Shown in pieces: positions 63,029-64,000 of a DNA stretch of 64,000 nt; the stretch's first letter is position 1; each line of letters opens with the position of its first letter. Origin of the DNA: Trichosphaerium sp. ATCC 40318 (taxonomy: Eukaryota; Protista; Tubulinea); assembly GCA_038496445.1 (NCBI GenBank), contig JALMLS010000216.1:62001-126000 (forward strand). Direction: 5' to 3'. The notes under the pieces are model-generated. The model was not told where the DNA came from and did not search any database. It worked only from the letters and a program-made list of their open reading frames with translations. The translations under genes were made by a program, and so were the position numbers.

Positions 63029-64000
63029 TTATTGAGCTTTTCCTTTCCTCCGTCTACGTCTGCGATTTTTTGAAGGTTTAGATGCCTGTCTTGGGTTTCC
63101 TTGATCTTCTTTTGTTTCATCAGTTGTTCCTAAAGAATGGAAGTTCATCATTAACTCATCCAAATCATCATCTGCTCTGTTTTTCTTTGTACGACGAATA
63201 ATTGTTTCTCCTTGTTGTTTTCCTCTTCGTTTATTTTTCCCTCTTTTCGTCTGTTGTCTTGGTCCTGTTTTTACAACCATATCATCATCTTCTTTATTAG
63301 TATCAAGAGTATCCATTTTTTCAGCTAATACCTAAACAAAGATTAAATAAGGTTTTGCGTTTCTCAAAATATTCCTTGTTTTCTGGGGTTGTTAAACTGC
63401 AAAAAACTCGAGTAAAAATCTTGTTGATTGACACAAAAAGAATACTTAGGGTTTGTAGGAGCAAGTCCACAGTAACAGACATTGTACTTGCACTTGATTT
63501 GGGTTTTTTCAAAAAAAAGAAAGAGGATTTTAGATGAATTGTTTAGTCTCTTGGTGATACCTTTTCGCGCTTGTCTTCATCTTCATCTTCACATTTTTCT
63601 TTCCAATATCTCAGAAGATTTATCAAATGAGACATTGAGCAATGTGCAAAGTAGCTTCGTAGAGAAGGAATCTCTTTATTATAAAGCTTGAGTAAAATAG
63701 TTATATACTCACTCTTGTCAGTAAATCTATCCAGGAAAAACAGTTAGACAAACTTTGATTACTCTTAGATAATACCCTGATACTTGTCTTCTAGCCATTG
63801 ATTCGAAATCTGCAACATTACTATCTGGATTCAGCTAATGAGAAGAAAACAAGATTAGCAATTGATTTCAAAACTGAAGAACAATTGTTTGGTACCTTAT
63901 CGAGTGTATGTTTATAACATGTCTCAAGGCATTCTGTCAATGCATCAAGATGTCTCTTTACATTACCATAAATAGTGGCATGTTGTGGAAAGTACGTTAG
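63029..64000 (-). CDS. 3' part of a multi-exon gene running off the window; charged low-complexity C-terminus
   Basis: Last exon MDTLDTNKEDDD...RRRRRKGKAQ*; short upstream exons with GT/AG boundaries at 63540-63830. Confidence 0.55.

Noticed and set aside
1-64000. CRISPR arrays, rRNA, tRNA, transposase, non-standard genetic code or selenoprotein
   Set aside because: None seen; in-frame stops are explained by introns, and all three stop codons terminate genes.

Overview
Compact, AT-rich, intron-dense eukaryotic nuclear DNA. It is most likely from an amoebozoan-type protist, inferred from the gene content (class C GPCR, multi-saposin, calpain-III repeats). It uses the standard genetic code, with short GT-AG introns of about 30-180 nt, often with GTACG donors and CTAAC/CTGAC-like branch points. 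By splicing exons by hand I can support about 30 protein-coding genes, a histone H2A pseudogene and one dispersed inverted repeat. The standout is a minus-strand locus (19878-15149). Its TFIIE-beta, TFIIE-alpha and complete but divergent XPB/Ssl2 translocase modules join in frame through canonical introns, predicting a single TFIIEbeta-TFIIEalpha-XPB fusion protein. Retention of the 50-nt beta/alpha intron would give an immediate stop and a free TFIIE-beta. Other items of note: a SAP-REase-kinase Crinkler-like gene, a 3-nt microexon encoding a conserved SLC1 residue, two DUF4430/transcobalamin-like genes, an F-box-like MORN-variant gene beside an H2A pseudogene, a predicted mitochondrial repeat-plus-nuclease protein, and three structured non-coding elements. 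All assignments come from motif recognition by eye; no searches were run and some termini are approximate.
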